DNA from: Octopus sinensis
Lineage: Eukaryota
Reading direction: 5' to 3'
Length of the DNA: 64,000 nucleotides
NCBI RefSeq assembly: GCF_006345805.1
Contig: NW_021832852.1
Location: forward strand, 1 to 64,000
A program made the position numbers and the translations under genes. Position 1 is the stretch's first letter, and each line of letters opens with the position of its first letter. The notes beneath the pieces were generated by a model. The model was given only the letters and a program-made list of their open reading frames with translations, was not told the DNA's origin and made no database searches. Positions 40,851-55,200 of this stretch are shown in pieces.

Positions 40851-41485
40851 TTAGACATTTTTATCACGATTTGATTGCCAAATAAAGATCCTGCTCATAT
40901 TGACTTCCAGAATAGTCTTCTGGTCCTGAATATAGTTGAGCCGCTCATCCAACTTGGCAATCTGTCTGAGTGCTTCCTTATAGTTCTTGTCTAAAAATGC
41001 TTCTGCCTCATCCAACTCATATTCCATCATTATATTCGCCTGCATCCTTTATAACACATTTATACTCCCAGCAGTAAATACACACTCGATACTGAGCTTA
41101 TTCGAGCCTTCGAATAGACCTGACTACAAAGCAGATAACTGCACGTGAGATCCTCGTCTCCACTCAGCGTCTTTAGGTGTCTTACTGAGTCCAAGGAAGC
41201 CGTAAAGTCGGGGATTTGTTTCAGGTAACTTGATATTGAGAATCAATGATTTAAACCGAGATTTGCTTAGAGAAAAGTTTGATTCGATGTATCTGAATTT
41301 CCTGTGTAGATCTTGGAATCGTTCGAGTGCTCCTTGTGCGTCCCCTTTATTGAGTTCCATGAAGGAATCTACGTCTTCCTGGAATAAATTTGGAAATTTA
41401 TTTTTTATACCACAAATTCGGCTTTTATAAAATGATCAAAATTGTCTGGATTTTTGCTGATAGTTCCATTACCGTTTTCTGACAT
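40851..41485 (-). CDS. VBP1: Prefoldin subunit 3 (VBP1), full-length, 3 introns
   Basis: FIKAEFV|EDVDSFMEL...LERFQDLHRKFRYIESN...QIPDF...YLLCSQVYSKARI..VYLLLG|ANIMMEYELDEAEAFL...TILEVNMSRIFIW. Confidence 0.93.
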
Positions 41486-42183
41486 TATTTCGAACAACTA
41501 CGCACAACAACTGAAACTCAGGTTTTTAATTATGTATTTAAAAATATTAAAGATAATAAAAAACTTCAAATATTAACCATAGAAAAAAAAATAGAAAAAT
41601 TATTCTGATTCTTATTGTTTTTAATATCTACTTCACCCCCCACAGTAAGCCATCACTACAAACTTGCTACAAAGCCTCTGGGAATCAGTTCTATTAGAAT
41701 TTAGTATTAATCGGGCTCATAATGACAGAGTTGTTAACTTTTCTTATTAGCAGTGCTTACTGACTTTGTCCCAATATAATACTTGATATGTGGTTTAGAA
41801 ATTTGATCAAATAATTTTTTGTGTCTTTTTGGAATATTTAAATGTTTCTTTTTTGGGTGAATTCGAGAATTTCCCTGAGAAATTTGTATTTTTATTTAAA
41901 AAATGGCGGATTCGAGAGAGTTTATTGCATTCAAATATTTCATTTTTTGTTTTAGTTAATAAAAAACGCCAAAGAATTATTTAACCCTCATAATTTCTAT
42001 TTATGGACAATGAATAAGATTTTATGGAAATTTGGTCTAAAAATGAATTGTACATAGAAAAATAAAACAAAATTGTAGTAAAACCGTTAGTAAAATCGTA
42101 TAAAATAAAATAGTTTTGCTAAGCCTAGTATTGCATAGCACATTAGTGGTGAGTGTGATCCATTTGAAACTACAGAAATATTA

Positions 42184-43113
42184 TTAAAAAAAAACTTTTC
42201 CAGAGTTATGTCGACGTTGTGGGTCATATCTTGATTGGTAAATTGAATAATCGGTTGTTTCTTGATTATTTTGTAAGGAATTTCGATAGTAGTCAAAACT
42301 GGATGCCAGCTGTATTCCGTTCTCAGGGTTGATTTGAGGAATAAAATTCGACATTTGCTGATATTGGACAAACGCGTTTGGATTGTGAGGGAATTGTCCG
42401 TTTTGGAAACTAGTTCCAAAGTTGGAATATGCTTGATAGTTAAATGGATTTTGTTGAGAGTACAAATCAGTCAATGGGGGTCTCGTAAAGTTGCCATTTT
42501 CAGGGAAATAATTTTCACTGATATTCATGCTATGACTGGATATAGGATGTGACACAACTTGATGTGTCATGTCCATAGGAATAAAATGATGGTCCTTTTT
42601 TGCCAGATTTTTGTTTTTTCTACGTGGTCTGTATTTATAGTCCGGGTAGTCTCGCATGTGGATAGTTCGAAGTCTTCTGGACTCTTCGACGAAAGGTTTT
42701 TTGTCTTCCTCGGATAACATCTTCCAATTATTTCCCAATCTTTTTGAAATTTCAGAATTATGCATTTTTGGATTTTCCGAAGACATTTTTTTACGTTGGA
42801 CTCTCGACCAGACCATAAAAGAATTCATTGGTCTCTTGATTCTATTTTTTCCATTCGAAATTGGAGCACTTTCAACGTTCTGGTCTTGCTGGTAGTTAAC
42901 AATCGAAGTTGATTGAGGATTGTTTTCAAATTTATCGGAGATTGAATTGTATTCCATTTGTGGAGCGGAGTACACTTTTTCCAAGTTATTAGAAACATTG
43001 AATTTGTAATGAGAATTATAATTTTCGTGGTATTTCTTTGATAATAAATTACCCGTTGAATCATTCTGATTGTATTCCAATTGTTGAATAGACATCAATT
43101 TATGCTGTTCCAT
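42184..43113 (-). CDS. SoxB: SoxB-group HMG-box transcription factor, intronless, 309 aa
   Basis: [37 protein letters not shown]...[15 protein letters not shown]; single uninterrupted ORF, as is typical of SoxB. Confidence 0.95.
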   Translation of the reverse strand: MEQHKLMSIQQLEYNQNDSTGNLLSKKYHENYNSHYKFNVSNNLEKVYSAPQMEYNSISDKFENNPQSTSIVNYQQDQNVESAPISNGKNRIKRPMNSFMVWSRVQRKKMSSENPKMHNSEISKRLGNNWKMLSEEDKKPFVEESRRLRTIHMRDYPDYKYRPRRKNKNLAKKDHHFIPMDMTHQVVSHPISSHSMNISENYFPENGNFTRPPLTDLYSQQNPFNYQAYSNFGTSFQNGQFPHNPNAFVQYQQMSNFIPQINPENGIQLASSFDYYRNSLQNNQETTDYSIYQSRYDPQRRHNSGKVFF

Positions 43114-44349
43114 TTACTCTATAAATTATTATGAAAATAATAAGACCAACAAAATCTCCACACTCAAACTTTGTTTGCGAAACAATGACCATTTGTTCTC
43201 TTGAATAGTCGAAATAACGCGTTTATACGCCGCCCTGACGACGCGTATTTTATTTTTCAACAAAATATGTCTTTAAACATTCAACCGTAAAATTAAAGCT
43301 CATCCCCTTTTTTAAAATATCTCAACATCAAATATTCGGGGAATTTTTAATGTTTTTCTACACGTAAAATAATTTTTTGGGTTAAATTGGTTTTAAGTGC
43401 GGTATTGAAATATGCACTTGTGGGAACAAAAGGGAGCCATAAATATTGGATTTTAGGCAATAAATCACAGCTGAATAGAAAAACTCTTTGTTATTGAGGT
43501 TTTATTAATGGGATGACGGAAAGTGGAAACAATAGGCTGACCCAATTCAAAATCTGAATTACTTTCGTATCCAAGGCATTAAAGAATTGAAGTAAATATG
43601 CCAACAATGCAAGTATTAAGCCACAAATCGACATTCGCTTATTGACGATTAAAGATGGTAGATGATAGGAAACGCTATATAATTATTAGAAATATTGAAC
43701 AAGGAATAGACTGAAGACAATATCATTTATCAATTGCTGGAACATCAATCAAACCGCTTTGATTTGTGCACGTGCAAATACCCATTTTATATCCTAAAAA
43801 ATATTTATTTTACCAAAAATACATTCATTTTTGATTATATAAAAATTGAGTCAATCATATTATATCACAATAATATTAACTCATATGGTCTTAATTAAAA
43901 CTTTTAATTCTTTCTTCAATAAGTAGATGTATTATATCTTTCTTTAAAAATGATTGGTCTTCCTCACTTTGAATTAAACTATTACTTTATAGTAACTGGC
44001 AATGGAGTGTATTTTGTCGGGGAATTGTTTTTTATAGTTGAAACACAATGGACTTCCAATTAAAATTGGCCAATTGTAAAAATATAATAAGGTAATTCAT
44101 TTATTTCTCAATAGACGTGAATATTGCTGTCATAAAATCATTTTATGAAAAACAATAATTACAAGAATAAGAGAATATTGGTTTTTCTATTATTTTACGT
44201 ACATTAATTACGAAATTTTCTTTTTGATTTCCCAAAAATAATTTGAGTCTCACTTTCAATATTTAAAATCATAAATTATATTTTTTCAGTTATTTTGCCT
44301 TTTTCAAACTAGTTTCAATTATCAGGATTATTTTCTAGATTATAAAATT

Positions 44350-44700
44350 TATGTCAATATCCAAAGCTTTCATCAATCATAATCCGATTTATAAAAGTCG
44401 TCAACATAAACCAATAATGAATGAAAATGTAGAAAAACAAATTCCATTTAATAATTGTGGATTCTTATGTCATTATGACGATCAAGATTTTCTACCAAAG
44501 CCATCATATTGCACGTGGCATCTCTTTTGGAAGCCGATCTTATTTCTGATGTCATTTATAAAGTCAGAAGTTAGTAGTTGTCAAGTCCTGTTTTTGCCTT
44601 TACAGCAGATTACTTCTGAGTTTCCAATGGCAGGATAAATGACAAATGAGAAAACATGTCCGTGCACGTTGAATTTAACTTTTTACTGAAATTTTGATTG
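44350..44700 (-). mobile_element. Possible heavily decayed pogo/Tigger DDE remnant
   Basis: Weak motif order (AIGNSEVICCKGKN...DFINDIRNKIGFQKR...MEFVFL) resembling DDE_1. Confidence 0.3.
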
Positions 44701-45657
44701 TCGTTCGCATTTTCTTATTTTTAGGATAAAGAATTTGAAATTGACACGAAAGAGTTAAAATATAAAAACCAACCTCATTGTTGTAAAATTTAAGAATCCC
44801 ATACTTTCCTGAAACATTTGTTTATTTAAAAATATCCCAAAAGATATGACTGATTTTACCATTGGTGTATACTGTTTGCGGTATCTAAAATACATTGTTT
44901 GTGGTATCTAAAAATAGAAGTGATTGATCGCTGCATTTTTAGGGTTAGGGTCTCCTCGGTGTATCGGGAAAAGTTCTTTTAAAATACCCTGAAAAGATGT
45001 GGGATACATCCATATTTATGGTAAGGAATTTGTTACAAAATAAAAAAAGTTATCCAAATGTACAATTTGGTTAGCTGGCTTTTTCAGAAAATATCGGTCA
45101 CTGTGCTTTGCGGAAACTGCTACTCAATACGGCGGCACTAAGCTGACTTTTAGGCTCAGATGTATTAACAACACAAAAATATAAGACCACCGGTGACATT
45201 AATTAGGGAAATGAATTATTCGATTGACTAAATTTTATTTATCAGCATATAACATGATCTAAAATTTCCGTTTCTAACTATCAGTGTCATATAGATGATC
45301 ACATCTTCTAACAGTAAAATGAGGTGTTCGGATAGGACAGTAAAATGAGCAAAGTTGTTGAGTTCAAAAATCAAAAAAAAGACACTCCGAAGCAGTAGCA
45401 AAAGCTTTTTGTTTGAATTTCAATTGGTCATAAAAATATAAATGTCTTTTTAGAAGTATCTCACAGAACATAACATCCAACGTGATTTCCAACGTTTTAT
45501 TTCTTATTTCCTTTTTCTTTTTATAGGCTAGTCCTTATGGTGGAAACCTTAAATGTCTATTTATTTAAAAAATGAAATTCTTTGATGTTAGAATATTAAA
45601 CTAAATTATTTTTTGAATAATTAAATTTTTTAATTAATTTTATTATTCTATTTTGTG

Positions 45658-48039
45658 ATGGGGATCCTGTATCACCAAAAAATAGAAAGGCAAAAGACAT
45701 TTCTGCTGACACTAATTCTGATCTCAATATGTGTCTTATCGTTCATAACAAGACTCCACTCCGTCATAAAATTCGAAAGCATAATCCACGAATTCGACCC
45801 CTGGTTTAACTATCGTGCCACAAAAATGATGGTCGAGAACTCATTTTATGACTTTATAAACTGGTTTGACGAGTCAGCCTGGTATCCCCTGGGAAGAGAC
45901 GTCGGCGGAACAGTTTACCCAGGCATAATGAGCACATCCGGCCTCCTCCATTGGGCACTCCACTCCCTCAGCCTCCCAGTCCATATCCGTGAAGTCTGTG
46001 TATTCCTTCCTGCCTTCTACAGTGGTCTAATGGCCATCACAGCCTATTTATTTGCCTCAGAAGTGTGGAATAAATCAGCCGGGTTGATCTCCGCCTTCAT
46101 AATGAGCATAAGTAGTCCCCTTCCACTCATTTCCAGTCCCCGGATATGTTTCCCGATCAGTTGCAGGGAGTTATGACTATGAATGTATTTCAATATTTAT
46201 AATCATGTTTACTCTGTATCTGTGGGCCAGGACTGTCAAGTCTGGGAGTCTCCTTTGGGCAGTTTTTACTGCTTTTTTCTACTTATATGCAGTTGGTGGA
46301 GGTTTATTGACTTGTAGGTGGCTTCCTGGGGAGGATATATTTATGTAATCAACGTCATCCCTCTCCATGTATTCATACTTGTTATATCTGGTCGATATAC
46401 TAGTAAATTGTTTTGTGGTTTGGTTTATACATGTTTTATTATCAGCTTATACTACTTTTTATATTCTTGGCCTACTTATGTCTATGCAGATACCTTTTGT
46501 GGGATTCCTTCCGCTCACAACCAGCGAACATATGTCTTCTCTCAGTAATATTCGTATAATATGTCAGTGGTGTTTCTACTGCTCTGTTTGGTCGGACTTT
46601 TTAAGCATTTGGGGTCACTAAGTGACTCTCGTTGGGCAGCCAAGGTGGTTTTGTTGTGTTTGGGTGTGTTTGGCCTCGTTAGTGTGTTGATGGTGGGCGT
46701 CCTTACTTATTTGGGTAGTCTTTTTGGGGGTTATTAGTGAAGGGGTTATTTCCCCTTGGACTGGCCGTCTTTATTCGTTGTTTGACACTTCCTATGCGGC
46801 CATCAACATTCCAATCATTTCTTCTGTCGCTGAACATCAGATTTCTATTTGGACGAGATATTTTATTGACTTGCATTTTATTCCGACTGTTTTTCCGATT
46901 GGAATTTGGCTGGCTTTTTCTCGTTTGAGTGATCAAATGATTCTGGTTCTCACTCTGGCTGTCACTTCTGCTTATTTTTCTGGGATGATGGTCAGACTGG
47001 TGATTATTCTGACCCCAATTTCCGCGATTGTGTCATCCTTTGCCTTGGAGTCCGTTTTCCGTAGAATTTCTCGATCCCACCGAACTGAGAAAAATTCATT
47101 TTTTTCATTCTCGATGGCCACAACTTCACTTTTTGCCGCGATTGCGTTATTTGTTGTGCACAGCACGTGGATTACTGCCGTGATGTATTCGGGGACTTCG
47201 ATCGTGCTGGAAGGAAGCGGACAGGACGGGTACTGGTCAGTCAACTATTGGCAGAGCCCACCACATTATCGACGACTACAGAGAGGCCTACTACTGGCTG
47301 GGAAGGAACACCCCAAAGGACTCCAAGATCATGTCCTGGTGGGATTACGGATACCAAATAACGGGGTTTTCTAACAGAACCACCATAGTGGATAATAATA
47401 CGTGGAATAATACTCATATTGCCACTGTACTGTTCCCTAATCAAATTAGGTGGGCAAAGCTATGGCCTCCAATGAGTCACGGGCTGCGGAAATTGCTCGG
47501 GAATTGGACGTGGATTATGTTCTGGTGGTGTTTGGGGGATATTTGGGGTATGACTCGGACGATATCGCCAAGTTTCTGTGGATGGTCCGAATATCCGAAG
47601 GGGAGTACCCTAACGAGATCCACGTGCCCAATTGCCCGATATTTTAGGAAAATGAGTATTTTGACTCGGAGGGGAACTATAACATTGGAAAGGGCGTTTC
47701 TGAGAGGATGAAGTCTTCTTTGATGTTCCGACTTTGTTACTACCGTTTTCATAACAAGCTGGTAGTATTATACATATATTAAAGACAAATGGATATGACA
47801 AGTCGAGGAGACAGATGGTTGGGCATGTAGTCAATGAGTTGACTCACATGGAGGAGGCATTTACGAGCGAGAATTGGATTGTGAGGATATATAAAGTTAA
47901 GGATCTGCCTTCTCGTGCCAGACTTACATATAAGCCGACATTTCCAATAAGTCTACCAATGTCTAGAAAAGTAGATTTGTGTGGTTGTAATGTGTAGAAT
48001 TCGAGGACCACTAAGGGGTCCATTTATGGGAGGGGGTGA
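45658..48039 (+). CDS. STT3B: Oligosaccharyltransferase catalytic subunit, STT3B-like, multi-exon
   Basis: [101 protein letters not shown]. Confidence 0.96.
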
Positions 48040-48231
48040 TTGTCTGGTTTTTTGACTTTATTTTGGGTTTAAACTAAAGTTTATTGGGATAGTTTTATTG
48101 TTATGTTTGTGCTGGTGTTGGGGGTTTTGTAGTTGCTGATTTTTGAATTAGGTGGTCTGATTAGACACAAAATATATTTAAAATTGTAGTATCTTGCTGG
48201 GAGATTTCCTAACTGAATTTAGAAAATATAT

Positions 48232-49567
48232 TGTCACCGTCCAGATAGGTCGGGGCGCCAGATCGGTTATGTATAAAATTTTTAATAAAAACTACCTTTC
48301 GGAAGTTATTTTCTTTTTCTGTTCATTCTTTTGTTGATTTTAATATTATTTTTGCCAAAATATTGGAGTTACTGAGTTCATAAAAAACCAACATCAGTCA
48401 TTTCCGGATAATTACCGTATTGACATTGCATTTTATTTAAAAACGCTTTAACCAAGGTTAGCCAACAATTCTCAACAATAAAGTTTATTAGAAAAATCCA
48501 TTTTTAATTTTTAAAAATGTTGTAAATTTCTATTTTTATCATTAAAACTCTAAAATACAATCCGGCCTACGGCCGGATGATTCAATGTGAATATTTTTCC
48601 CTATGCGGCCTTCGGCCACGTCGAATTTGTAACAATGGCACAATTATTTCACAATTAAGTAAATATGACACGAGAAAAAACACAGAACGAACCCCATGAA
48701 TATTTGGAGTTAAATTTTTTTACTCTGCTAATATGTATCCTTTGGTCTTTGTCATCCTCTTCATTAATTATCGTTACGAGTTCTCGATCCCTATTTTTCA
48801 CAATATATTTTTGTGCAGATATCTCGTCGTATAATGGGTATTTTCTATAACCCGGGTTTGCATCCCCATCATGGCGTATTAAAATTTCATCGCCACTTTC
48901 AACTTCGTCATATTTCCATTTTCTCCGCCTTTCATTTTTTCTCCCGATTTTACAATATTTTCAAGGGCTTTGTTCCTTTTTCACGACCTCAGAATTGTTA
49001 GTTTTTTATTTGGTTTCTCCAAATCAGTTCCGAACAAGAGGTCAAAAGGCCTTTGTTTTGTTGTTTCGTGGACGGATTTATTGTAGTCTCTTGCTATTTT
49101 CTTCACGCATGTTTTATAGCATTCAAAATTTCCATTTGATGCACTCGTGGAGCCTAATTTAAATAAACAAATACACTCCTTCAATGAATTTTAACTTAAG
49201 TTCAGTGTCTTCGATACAAAAAAACGCAACTTTGAGCCATTTTTAGAAATGTAGGTGTTGTTCTCCTTGAAACTAAATTTTTTGGCATATCTCCGTATTC
49301 GTGCCCTTTCTTCCGAACTCAAGGAATCATCAAGGTGGCCTGATTCCAAATACTCCCTAATTTTTCGAGGGTGTCTCGAGTTAATTCAACTAAAACCATT
49401 GATTAATGCTAATCTTTTCAACTTTTTAGAACTTTTTTATTAATAAGATTTATTTTTTTATTATCAATATTTTTTTGCAATGAAATGTTTTGTAGGAAAA
49501 ATATTTGTTTTGTATTTAGATAATTGACCTAACCGATATGGCGCCTCGGCCGGTCTGGACGGTGACA
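48232..49567 (-). mobile_element. Internally deleted Ginger2/TDD-like (retroviral-integrase-type) DNA transposon with TGT...ACA TIRs
   Basis: ~38-bp imperfect TIRs TGTCACCGTCCAGA..GG.CG.GGCGCCA.ATCGGTTA, AT-rich 4-bp flanks; ORF pieces IREYLESG...FSFKEN and integrase C-terminus YNKSVHETTKQRPFDLLFG...RIHISRVKKF. Confidence 0.78.
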
Positions 49568-50369
49568 TATATTAATTAGAACTGTAATCTATTTTAGACT
49601 AAATTATCCAGGAATAGTTCTCATTTAGAAAATAATAACGACGTAAATCAGCAAAATCTACAAAGCATCTATATTTTCAGTTCAAGTTTGACAATTTTTA
49701 TGTCAATTTTGATAATGCGATATTCATTTTGACATTTTTTAGATTAATTTTGACAAATATTTTTATAAAGGACACACATAAGGACTTTTTCTAATCGGCT
49801 AAATCAAGATGAGAGTTAATAAGAAAATTTTATTAATCAGGTTAATGGAATCCTAATCATACAATTTGCGATGATTTTTTCTGCATTTCTGTAAAAATTT
49901 CAAAATGACGTTAAAATTCACTCCTTTTCTTGCCTTACTGGAACCATCACACGTGATTCTATATAGGATCGGTAGAATTTTTTTAATGTAAAGAGATTGA
50001 AATTTGTTTGGTACAAATGTATTTTTCTATTTGTATTACGTTGATAATTCAACAAAAATTTTTTTCTATATTCCGGAGAATTCCTGGAAATTGGTTCTCT
50101 TCGCAACCTCTTGTAGTAATTAATCGCCCATCAAGTCGGTTATATAGTTGATCTGTAGGAAGCATGTAACTAGCGTCTTTAACAATCGATTGCATAAAAT
50201 TCGTAGCGGATTTATTATGTCCATTCACTTGGATATATCTTTCCTTGAGAACCAAATTTGCAGAGGAGCATCAAGAAATTATTATTTCCTACCTTAATAA
50301 AGTTCTCTCAAAAATGCACGTCTATTTTTCTTGAATAAAATTGTCTATCTCTCCGCCTTCATTGTGTAC

Positions 50370-50700
50370 TTTCATCTTTCTTCCACTTTTAATACCATAG
50401 ATTCGACACAAATTTAGATGGATACACCTTACAACTTTTACGGGCCTGTGTTATAAATAGAGCGGACTAGGTACCAAAGTTAAAATTTAATAATAGTTAG
50501 TAAATACTGTTATCATCCAGAAACTGGAAATTTGATTGGGTAACCTTTCGACCTGAGATTACGAAAAATCTTGTAAACTTGGGCATTCAATTCGTGTCCA
50601 ATTGTCGCTTTGGATGTTGAGAAGCCTTGAGCTAGGATTCCTTTCCTTGCTGGCAGGTATAGCATTCCTTTAGAGATGTTAAATCTTTCACAAATCATTT
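50370..50700 (-). mobile_element. Short remnants: R4-type RLE retroelement fragment (50370-50445) and Tigger HTH fragment (50513-50698)
   Basis: KVVRCIHLNLCRIYGIKSG (compare EVVKCIHLHLCRTYGIKRG at 55.1 kb); ICERFNISKG...QVYKIFRNLRSKGYPI (CENP-B-type HTH). Confidence 0.5.
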
Positions 50701-50987
50701 TATCCTTATATATCCTTGCTTAGTTTTCTAGGCATTGGCTTTATAAAATTTATAAAATAATTTTAAAAATTGATAATTTCAATTTTTTAACAGGTTAATT
50801 AGTTAACTAACTAAATTATCAGGTTAAATAAATTTTAAAATTATTGATTACAATTTGGAAAAACAGGCGAAAATATTTCTCCAAAAGCAAAGTTTTCCCC
50901 AAAAAGAAGGTTTCCCTGCTATTTGGTTTTCCCCAATTCGAGGACGCATTGTAATAATATATTTTTCCTCTAAAATTTTTGTTTGGC

Positions 50988-51700
50988 ATGCCTAAGTTAG
51001 CAAAATCGTATCAAATAAAAGCTAAGGCTGTTGTAAAAGATTATCCTAAAGAATTAATGATTCTTGAGAATGGTACGCTATATTGTCGACTCTTTTGTGT
51101 AAGATAGAATGCGGGAAAAGACATTTTGTAAATTTTCATCGAGCCTCGCGAAAACATATAAATTTATTGAGCTAAGCGAAATAATAATTTTTTGTAGATA
51201 ATCTGACCGAATTCCATAAAAAACCATTTTTAACTGAGACTGTTAGAAATTTTTTTACTACATATTTATTTAATACGATAACAATGCTTAAAAAAATAAA
51301 AACAGAAAATATTTAGGTCAGTTTTATCAAAGACGACTAGAATATTACAACCTAGTCGATGTAAATATACAAATTTTCTGTAATTTCATCAATTCGTTAA
51401 AATAAACTTAATTTAAATGTAACAAGGTTGAAGTATTGCTGTCGTATTTTCAGAAAGATATTTAAACGATTTATATTGAATAATTCTCAGTTTTATGGCA
51501 CCCAGCATTATCCAAAATTACAAAATTTCTTCTTCGATATATTATCCCGTGTTGAAAATTTTATTTGTCATTCACGAATTTTTTGAATGAATACATAGGA
51601 TCCCTATCCAACATATCAAAATCTCTCAGCAACGATGAAATCTGAATTTTTAATAACCAAAAGTTACATTTTTCAAAATTAAATTTAGACATTAAAGAAC
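50988..51700 (+). mobile_element. Decayed hAT-like (CGGBP1-type zinc finger) transposase 5' part
   Basis: MPKLAKSYQIKAKAVVKDYPKELMILENGTLYCRLFCV..ECGKRHFVNFHRASRKH, a C2H2/BED-like N-terminus; later frames are broken. Confidence 0.45.
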
Positions 51701-52209
51701 TCTGGCTCTTTCTTTATTGTGTTCAATTCCATCGTTTAATTTATAATGTTAACTAAACTTTTTAATTTTTTTGGTCTTGTAAGTGAACTGACTATTGCTA
51801 ATTTATAAACAAAAAATCAATTATAATCAAATAACGAATAAATTTACCCTACAAATATAAACACATCAAATTAATGTACAGAAATTTCAAAAATGTTATC
51901 TCTACGGACTATCCTCCATCCTGAATAGCTTAAAATATACGTTCACGACTTTAGTTCAAAAATGCCTTTTATTTCTGACAATAACTCGTCTCAAACGCGA
52001 TTAATTTAGCATTGTTCAAGGTCGACTTTAATTCCTTTCAAGAGGCATTTTAAAAAAGGTATTGAAGCACACAACATCCCAGATGAAAAGTCTGCCTCCA
52101 TGGAAAGATATAGCCATTTAGAAATTATTTTTTTAATTCAATAAATATAGCGTCACTATAAATAACACATCAACTTTAATAACTGCTATGAAACTTATTG
52201 GATACTCCT

Positions 52210-55200
52210 AGTGTTGTTGTGGTGCTGTTCATGTCCGTTTTTCTCGATAAGAAGAAAATGAATCCCATGGGCCCTCCTGCAGAAGTAAATTATAAAAAAG
52301 ATATGGTGGATGCAGGAACGATGTCTCTGGGGCTGGATAATGCCACAAGAGCTTATATAAACAATAACCCTACGTTTGGAAGTCGTGTTGCCAATACTAA
52401 CTTTCACACTCTTTCTGCCATTATTGAGGATGTCGATTGTGTCTCTAAGAATGAATGGGTGTCACAGGCTGTTCATGCCACCAGACAAAGACTGGGGAGA
52501 ATACCCAGAGGTGGCTGGAGTTTTATCCTTGAAAAGTTCAACGTGAAATTTTCTGAGAGTACGAGTCTAACCAGATTGAAAAATATGGCCAATCTCAAAC
52601 CAGTAGTTGGTAACAATAATGAAGCTGGTGGATCTAATAGCAAACAATTCCCAACAAGGGAACAAGTGGAAATCTCCAATTTCAGAAATTGCCTGGAAGA
52701 GATTAATTTCCAAATTAAGGAAGTTAAATCGATACCGAGAGAGGCTCGTAAGCCTACATGGAAAATTCCAAGAAAATATGTCAAAGCTGATATTTTAATG
52801 GGATTAAACTCTGCAATATATCATATTACAAAGGACGATCCACCTCGAGATATCAATGCAATTTGTGATATTTTATATGCTGCCCAGTGTGCCTACTCAG
52901 TCTTAACTAAGAAAGTTAAGCCACAGACCACATGGTTGGGAAATACCGAGGCGAAGATCTCAAAATTATCCGCAGAACTAGAACTTGTAAATTGTTACGT
53001 AAGACAGGCTCTGCCACAGTGTGAAAAACAAAATGTGATGGATATTCTATGTCGTTATGGATATAAAAAGAAGAAAAAAGGAGAGCTTTCGAGAATCGAA
53101 TCCTTACTACATGACCTAATCAGAGTTAAGAAAAAACAAATTGCTGTATATAACTCGAGGAAGGACTTCCGTAAGGACAATGTTTGCTTCGAACTAAACA
53201 GAAGAAGATTTTACAGAAACTTATCAAAGAGTAATGAAGTCACAACATACTCTTTTGACGATGAGGAGTGCATGTCGTTCTGGGAAAAAGTATGGAGCAA
53301 AAGGCGCGAAATATCCGTGTCACTGGACAATGTTAGTAAAAGAATAACCGGCAGTGAAGACATGTTGCCAGATTTAACAAATAATTACATAATGGAGATC
53401 ATTAAATATCTTCCTGACTGGAAGGCACCGGGATGTGACGGAATATATAATTTCTTCATTAAAAGACTAGAATCTCTGCATGAATTTTTATGTGTTGAAA
53501 TCAAGAAAATAATCAACGGTGATTACATGCCAGAAAACTGGTTTTATACTGGAATTACATATCTAATTCCTAAAAAGAACGATTGTGAGACCCCGAAAGA
53601 TTTACGGCCTATAACATGCATGTCGACACTTTATAAGTTAGTTACCAAGTGTGTTAATGGAAAACTGTCTGAGTTCATGGATGTATTTGGCTTAATTTCC
53701 GACAATCAACTTGGTACGAGGAGACAGTGTCAGGGTGCTAAAGAACAGGCCCTTATTAACCAATGCCTAAATAAAGAGTATGGAAATGGGCTATACTCTG
53801 CATGGATTGATGTCAAGAAGGCTTTCGATTCTGTTGACCACGACTTTCTATTTCATGTGTTGGAGTGCTCTGGGATACCTGTATGGATTGTTAACTTTGT
53901 GAAAAGGACTGTACGAATGTGGACTGTAAAGCTCCATGTTGACGGAAGGAGAATTGGTTCTGTAAAGTTGAGCCGAGGGATTTTACAAGGAGACTCGTTA
54001 TCTCCGCAACTGTTTGTTATGGTGATGGACCCACTAAGCAGGATTCTTAATGCCATGTTTCCAAAGGTTCAGATTAATCAACAGGACCCAAATATGTTGA
54101 CCTATTCTACTAATCATTTGTTCTTCATTGACGACCTAAAGATATTCGCTCTTAAAGAAGATGTAGTAATTAAAATGATGGAAGCTGTTGATGGATTCTT
54201 TAAAACTGTTGGCTTGGAGATGAATTCAGAAAAGTCTGCATCAAATGTCAAATCTTTATCTTGTTGTGAGACTTTGGAAGGAGTCAAAGGATATCGCTAC
54301 TTGGGTGTACTTGAAGATGCAGGAAGTAATGTTCTTAAGAGTAAAGTAATGGATTCTATCCTTGGAAATGTAAAGGAAAGGATAACCATGCTTTCAAAGA
54401 CGAAATTAAATGCGGTAAATTTATTCCACGCTATAAATGAACATGCCATTTCTCTATATAATTATTACATTGGACTCATTAATATTGAACCTCATGAATT
54501 TGATTGTATTGACCGTCAAATACGACAACTTCTTACGACTCTCAGACTCCATCTCAAACCTGCAAATAAAGAGAGGTTATATTTAAATCGGAAATCTCTT
54601 GGGAGAGGACTTGCTTCAGTCTCTTTCAGAAGTGAACTGATACTTTTCCAGTTCATGAAAAGTTTAGAAAGACAGTCGACAGTATGCTTACGGAGATCGG
54701 GAATCCTGCGTGTGATACAAATAAATAAATGGCATATGGCCACAATTGCAGGATTTCTCGCCTCCAAGTATGCAATTCTCGACATGGAGAATTTGGGTGT
54801 TGAATTTATCAAAGATGCTCAAAGAAAATATTTGCTTAAGAACATCAATTGTAAAATGCTACATTCGGTTCTATTCAAATGCATGGACGAACAAAATGTT
54901 GATCTAGCCACATCCTCAGAGTGGTTATCTAAAGGAAATAATGGTCCACGGAGTGAAGCATTGTACTGTCTCTTGCAGGATAGGAATTTGTTCTTCACAT
55001 CCATGGGATCTTTATGCAGTCACTGCAAAAAATGCAAGAAAACAGTTGATCATTTGGCTACGCAGTGTGGAAAGATGTTAAACAGTGATTATCTGCGGAG
55101 ACACAATGAAGTTGTGAAGTGCATTCACCTTCATTTGTGTCGAACCTACGGTATTAAGAGAGGAAGCAAATTAAAGACTCATTCTGTTCAGTCCATATTA

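Noticed and set aside
44939-44950. Telomeric TTAGGG
   Set aside because: Only two copies, which is expected by chance.
31756-54812. Antisense ORFs in the track (e.g. 31756-32259, 32601-32996, 33292-33606, 37254-37640, 54516-54812, and 24007-24351 / 24297-24767 outside this span)
   Set aside because: They are shadows of real genes or RT ORFs on the opposite strand.
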